Position numbers and translations under genes: made by a program. A stretch of DNA of 64,000 bases from Squalus acanthias (lineage: Eukaryota), in assembly GCA_030390025.1 (NCBI GenBank), contig CM059431.1, positions 133,736,001 through 133,800,000 of the forward strand. The letters are read 5' to 3'. Below are positions 58,150 to 64,000 of this stretch, in pieces. The notes beneath the pieces were generated by a model, which was not told where the DNA came from, searched no databases, and worked only from the letters and a program-made list of their open reading frames with translations. Position 1 is the first letter of the stretch, and each line of letters begins with the position of its first letter.

Positions 58150-59495
58150 ATCCTCTTGTAACAAAGGCCAATAATTACTTGCTGTACCTGCATGTTACCT
58201 TTCAGTGATTCGTGTACAAGGACACCCAGGTCCCTCTGAACACCAACATTTCCCAATCTCTCACCATTTAAAAAATACTCTGCTTTCTATTTTTCCTACC
58301 AAAGTGGATAATTTCACATTTCTCCACATTTGCCATGTTCTTGCCCACTCACTTAGCCTGTCTATATCCCCTTGAAGCCTCTTTGCATCCTCCTCACAAC
58401 TTATATTCCCACCTAGCTTTGTATCATCAGTAAACTTGGATACATTACATTTGGTTCCTTCATCCAAATCATTGATATAGATTGTGAATAGCTGAGGCCC
58501 AAGCGTACAGTTCTGGTTGCCATATTATAAAATGGATATAGAGGCATTGGAGAGGGTGCAGTGAAGATTTACAAGGATGATACCAGAAATGCGAGGGTAT
58601 ACAGATCAGGAAAGGAAGAACAGGCTGGGTCTCTTTTCTCTGGAAAAAAGAAGGCTGAGGGGTGACCTAATAGAGGTCTTTAAAATTATGAAAAATGTTG
58701 ATAAAGTGGATACAGAGAGAATGTTTCCACTTGTGGGGAAGAGCATAACTAGAGGCCATCAAAATAAATAGTCACCAAGAAATCCAATAGGAAATTCAGA
58801 AGAAACTTCTTTACCCAAAGAGTGGTGAGAATATGGAACTCGCTACCACAGGGAGTGGTTGAAGCGAATATGAGGGAAAAGGGAATTTTGCTGATAGATT
58901 TAGATGAGGAAAGATGGGAGGAGACTCATATGGAGCATAAATGCCGGTATGGACTGGTTGGGCCGACTGGCCTGTTTCTGTGCCGTATATCCTATGTAAT
59001 CCTATGTATACAACCTAATAGTCTGGGGACATCACTAATCATAAATAAGAACCTGAACTTGTTTTCTGCTTTGGTCAGATACATAGAACAACTTCAATCT
59101 GATAGTCTGACTGCCTTTCAGACCCCTAAAAATTTTGTGCTGTGGAATTTCAGCCTCCCTGCTCTATTCAGAAAAGAGAGTCATTGTTCAGGAAAGCTTT
59201 TGGGTGTTAAGGCTTACCCCTTGCTGTAGTAACAAGAACAGAAAGAAAAATTCAGTAGAATGAGGCCAATTCGGCGATTCAAACTGTAATTAAACAAAAT
59301 ATCATAAAATGCACTGCCTGGAAGTGTGGTGGAAGCAGATTCAATAATAACTTTCGAAAGGGTATTGGATATATACTAAAAAAGGAAAAGTTTGCAGGGC
59401 TTTGGGGAAAGAGCAGAGGAGTGGGACTAATTGGTAGCTCGTTCAGAGAGCACGATCAGCCCAATGGCCTTCTTCTGTGCTGTATGATTCTATGA
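58150..59495. mobile_element. Further CR1 fragments (- 58150-58500; + 58505-59010; + tail 59310-59495)
   Basis: KFTDDTKLGG; RRLRGDLIEVFKIM; TATGATTCTATG tails. Confidence 0.8.
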
Positions 59496-59764
59496 TATCT
59501 ATCTTTGTCAACACTACTCAAACATATCACTTTGCCCCTGTCACAGGTTGCAAAACACTATAACAGCAAGAAAAATCCATGCAGTGTGTTTGGCTCTCCC
59601 AGAGGAATACTCATCCTCACCACTTTGTAAAGTGCAATTTAAATGATAATAGCAACAAAGAATAATAAAGGAAAGCATTGGCAGGAAGAAAAATCCCAAA
59701 ATGCTAAATATGGTAGACTGTCAAAATCAACTAATACATGGAACAAAATGAAACTCTGCTTTTC

Positions 59765-60104
59765 TCTGCTTTGCACCCAGTTTGTGTTTCTCTCTCTTCC
59801 TTTCCCCAGTTTGTGTTTCACTCTATCCCTCCCTCCCCAGTTTGTGTTTCTCTCCCTCTCCCCAGTTTGTGTTACTCTCCCCCGCCAGTTTGAGATTCTC
59901 TCTCTCTCTCTCTGCCGTTTGTGTTTCTCTGACTCTCCCCAGTTTGTGTTTCTCTCCCACTCCTCAGTTTGTTTCTTTGTCTCCTTCCCCAGTTTGTGTT
60001 TTTCCCTCTCGCCCTCTCCCCAGTTTGTGTTTCACTCTCTCCCCCGTTTGTGTTTCTCTCTCTCCCTCTCCCCAGTTTGTGTTTCTCTCTCCCTCCCCAG
60101 TTTG
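59765..60104 (+). repeat. Minisatellite, unit approx. (CT)n-CCCCAGTTTGTGTTT
   Basis: About a dozen imperfect units; interrupted by the LTR at 60105. Confidence 0.9.
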
Positions 60105-61859
60105 TGTTAAGGGGGCGTGTCTCAGACGGTGCTGGTGCGAGGTTAGGCCTTCGTTGCCTATACTATTGCTTGCTCTGGTCTCCGGCCAGCCTTTTTGCAA
60201 TAAGCACCTGTGAGTGGTTCGACCCACTCGCCCTTACGGTTCTGACACCTGGACTTAGATGCAAGGAGCAGTAATGCAGAGAAAACTCAATAGACCCGGT
60301 TGAATAGCACGAAACGAATATCTTTATTGCATGGCGTCTAAAATCATGAAATACATGTCATAGGCGCAAATCAAAGAGAGTACAAGTATACACACATTCA
60401 TAAAACTTGGTCTATGGAAATGGAGAACACACGGCACATTGTAAAAAGGGGAACACATTATACCTTAACCTTATAAAAACCACCCTCCCTTAACAATACC
60501 TACACTACGTCTGGATTTGTAGGATCGGAAATCATGCTCACCACTCGGTTTACTTCGGAGATTTTAAAATGAGGCACTCAGCTCGTTTCGCTGCAGCGCC
60601 TGACTGTCACGTGTTTGGAAGGGTTTCTGCACCCCACTTCTTTACTTTCGCTGCTGCGAAAGGCAAGCCAGACTCCCTGTTGTCATGAAGCAGTCGATGG
60701 ACTCAAACCGTCTTAGAATTCAAAGAAGGATCTTCCTGTGTTGCGGTACATGTAGAAGTCGGTAGAACTCAAAGGAAAGTTCTGTCGTTATATTTTTCCC
60801 CGCGCAGGTCGGGTTTTACTGACCGTGGCGGCACGTGGAATTTCTTCTCGTCTTTCTTCTCGTCACTCGGGCCTCCGGGTCCAGACACCGTTTACCGACA
60901 CTCGGGATGGTGTACCCTGTTACTTGCCCTTGTCGAGGCGGCTCGTTCCGATTGAGCTCCACCCAACACTCGAATAACCGACCAGTACGGCTAAGAGTCA
61001 AGAGTCAACAGAGTCCAGAGAGAAAATCAAGAGGCTGACAGTCCAGGAGAGCGATACAAGAGACCGATGGACATTTGTCCTCTATAGTTATACTGTTGTG
61101 TCCGCTTTATCTCCCGCTCAAATCTAAATGTTTATCCTTTGTGTGATTTTGGCGCTTAAAACTCCCAGCATGGGGCGATTCTCTTCTTAACGGGTTTCGG
61201 TGGCACCTGAAACTGGCCAACTATTCGTTAATGTCTTCCCCATTGTTGAGCCAGCCAGGATGTGTATGAATCGTCTCCTCGACTGGTTTTGGGGCCCCCC
61301 GAATACTGGCTTAATCACCCGCCAATGTCTCTCTCATTGTTGAGCCGGGGGGGTATTTGTGTATTGATGTGTCTGGATGGGCCTTCGATTGCCCAGTTCA
61401 ATGATCCTTACTGTGCATAGGAAAACGATTCCAGCACTTATATCATTGCTATTGTTCAAAATGCAAACGGGTTGCATCCTGTCTTTATCAATGTGTACCG
61501 AGTATGATCCAATCTCATACTGAATGTATATTCGACACCATCTTGTCTGCCCACTGTGTCTCTGGAAGCTTCTGCCACGATGCGCGGCGGCCATTTTACA
61601 GGCTTCTGTGTCCTTTATATTATCAGGACAGCATTTCGTTTAATAAAACTGATCAATTGAATCTGCTTCTCTCATGTTATTTTGAATCGCGATAATTACG
61701 AAACTCTACAGTCCCTCCTGTTGATGCGAATAACTCCGCTTATCGTATCAATTAAATGCTGGTGAGCAAAATTATCCCGATTCTCCACATCCAAACATTC
61801 CCGGTAATTAAACTATCTATGGCCTCCATGCAGTCCTCATTTCCCAGAGAAAACACATT

Positions 61860-62593
61860 GGCCCAAAAATTAGTCTCACTACGCAAGAGTACGCACTGTG
61901 TACTCTCGCGTATTCTGTCTCCAATTGCCGGTTTTCTGCATGCGCTGAAAACCGGCACTTGGTGATTTCAAAAGGGGGCGGTTCCTAAGTGAACCGCGTG
62001 CGCGCTACAGGCTGCGCGCACGCAGTGCACTTAGTGCTTTGAACGCGCAGGTAAGCATGGAAGATTTTGCACATAAAGAAAGGAGGCGTAAGACCCTCTT
62101 TTAACAAGGTAAGTAGTTAATTAAGTATTATTTTAATTTTTTTTCAACAGGTTTATCTTTTTTAGAGACTTTAAAGAAAGGTAAGTTTATTTTTATAACT
62201 TTTAAAAAGATTTTAAATTTTTTCAAAAATTTAATTTTTTGTTTAAAGTGGTTAATTTATTTAACTATACTTATTTTATTAATGTGATGGTTTTGTAAAA
62301 AAATTTAATTGAGGTTTAGCTGTTCTTTTGGGGGGGGTATAGATTCATAGCTTTGACAGCCCTTGCTGTCAAAACTATGAATGAAAGATGGTGTGCTGCC
62401 ATTGGCTCTAACTGAATCACGTGATCCCAGAGCTCGCACGAATTAACTGTGTCTGTGGGATACGCACACACTGCGCGGTTGCAACCTTGAAACTAAAGTT
62501 CGTGTGAGCTCGGAAGGAAAAGGCAGGCGCGCAGTGAGATATCGTGGGGAAGCCTTACCCCCGCAGGAACGCTCCGTCTTTAATTTCTGGGCC
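61860..62593. mobile_element. Hairpin-rich MITE, copy 2, inserted between env and the 3' LTR
   Basis: TIR GGCCCAAAAATTA / TAATTTCTGGGCC; TSD ATT. Confidence 0.85.
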
Positions 62594-62840
62594 ATTGTCT
62601 ATCTTGGGCAAATCGTAGGCAGCATTGCCTTTAAACTTACACTGCGTATATGCCTTTCAGGTGCAAAAGGCCGATGCCTCTCGCACCACCTGTATATGCA
62701 TGTTTTATTACAAAAGGAAAAATAATTAAACCAAACTATTTTGAAAATACAAAAGTTCCAAACTTAGTCACAAATACTCATAACTAACAACAATTACAAA
62801 AATACACACGGTAAAAATGGAGGGGCGTCATCCTGGCCGT

Positions 62841-64000
62841 TTACGTGACACTTTCCTCGTTCACGCGAATGTAACGTTCTCTCCACTCACCTGTGTTCTC
62901 CTGCCTCGTGAGGCGTTTGCCTCTTTTGCAGTGCACGAACAGCAGGTACACTACAATTACAACTTGACACACTACCAAAATGTGGGAGGCTATCCTGATC
63001 CATGACGGGACTTCGATATTAGTGAACAGATCCCACCACGGTGGGGTTACTATGTCCAATATCTTTGCCCCTATCTCTACAGTTTTCTGTTTCAGGGTGT
63101 AAAAATGATTCTGTGATACCATGACGGCTTTTAAAATCTTGGTGAGGTGTTCAGGGAGAGGGGGAATGATGTATCCGAAATGCGCGATGAATCGCTGCAA
63201 GTCTGTGAAATTCTCTTTTACAGTGAGGTGAACAGTGGATGGTTCAGGGATCGGGTCAATTCGCTGCTGTGCCACTTGAACTTCAGCCCTGGGTTTAAAA
63301 CAGAAACTGCTGTCACTCACCGGACACCGGCTGTGCTGTCCATGCTGGTAGTGTTGCGCTGCAGTGGTAACGCAATACGTTCCACCCCCTATGTATGCCA
63401 CCTGTGGGGGCACATGATCTTGTGTCATTGCTTCCATGGTGCAATTCATGGGCTTCGCGCCAGCCGTTCTGAACCCGCATTGTGGTGTTAAAAAGGCATT
63501 CAAGTGCTGGGGACACAGTATGATGTGTGCTCCCCGGCCACGACAACCCGAGAGGTCGGTACCTGTCATCGTTTGCTCCCAGCGGATGACGTAAGGTGGG
63601 ACCGCTGCGTAGCGAATGTGGGCTCCCCCTTGAATGACACCAATGTTCTCCACCCGGTACACCGGGGCGGGCTTTGCTGTGTCGCCCAACACCGGCATCC
63701 GTACTACTATCCCCATGATAGTGTGATTTGACTGTCCGCAGTCCACTGGGACTGGGTATGCCTCTGAGGCTAGCCTGAGCTGGCACGGGCTTAATGCGTT
63801 CTGAAAAGGGTGGAGCGCCTGCAGGTGTTTGTTGCTTATCCAGGACGGGACCAAACCTTGTTTTAAATCCTCCAAATTACTGCGGCCTTCGCCCAGTAAC
63901 CACGCCCCGTATAGTACGCACACCTCGTTCTGCGCAGCTTGATCGGATGCATTACGATCTTCCCTGATCAGGGCATTTACCGTTCTCGCATGCTTCTCCA
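62841..64000 (-). CDS. env: Envelope glycoprotein paralog, C-terminal part (open to the window edge)
   Basis: Colinear with the env at 48040-49193 (LYGAWLLGEGRSNLEDLKQGLVPSWISNKHL...PPWWD..NIEVPSW, TM). Confidence 0.88.
   Translation of the reverse strand, partial: EKHARTVNALIREDRNASDQAAQNEVCVLYGAWLLGEGRSNLEDLKQGLVPSWISNKHLQALHPFQNALSPCQLRLASEAYPVPVDCGQSNHTIMGIVVRMPVLGDTAKPAPVYRVENIGVIQGGAHIRYAAVPPYVIRWEQTMTGTDLSGCRGRGAHIILCPQHLNAFLTPQCGFRTAGAKPMNCTMEAMTQDHVPPQVAYIGGGTYCVTTAAQHYQHGQHSRCPVSDSSFCFKPRAEVQVAQQRIDPIPEPSTVHLTVKENFTDLQRFIAHFGYIIPPLPEHLTKILKAVMVSQNHFYTLKQKTVEIGAKILDIVTPPWWDLFTNIEVPSWIRIASHILVVCQVVIVVYLLFVHCKRGKRLTRQENTGEWRERYIRVNEESVT

Larger units (their letters stand above)
60105..64000 (-). 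mobile_element. Second env-carrying LTR element (3' part only; continues beyond the window)
   Basis: 3' LTR 60105-61710 (1606 bp, TG..CA); PPT CAGGAGGGAC at 61711-61720 (-); env upstream. Confidence 0.9.

Noticed and set aside
59643..60274. Repetitive hydrophobic ORFs / CRISPR-like repeat spacing
   Set aside because: Translation of a pyrimidine-rich minisatellite; the spacers are low-complexity, there are no cas genes, and the context is eukaryotic.

Overview
Vertebrate genomic DNA, most likely from a shark or other cartilaginous fish (inferred from the repeat families). The only host gene is claudin-10 (CLDN10), with coding exons 2-5 on + (27-188, 4079-4160, 22112-22219, 42051-42186, ending KQFDKNAYV*). 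Its introns are inflated by nested CR1/L2 LINEs, SINEs, Harbinger transposons and MITEs, Penelope fragments carrying minimal hammerhead ribozymes, and a GC-rich CsRn1-type Gypsy element (26160-30506). The most striking feature lies just downstream of the gene: a complete 7.3-kb LTR element (43029-50375, TSD GCCT) with gag but no pol. The pol position holds an in-frame second copy of a Gag coiled-coil, followed by an intact, splice-acceptor-preceded 783-aa envelope (signal peptide, Ig-like domain, furin site, F-protein-like fusion core, TM). A divergent relative with a different, 1.6-kb LTR lies at the right edge (minus strand), and a solo LTR of that long type sits in CLDN10 intron 4. The two LTR types share a splice-donor block, a covarying U5 hairpin, an identical PPT and a pre-PPT hairpin. 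All comparisons were made by eye; LINE boundaries are approximate.
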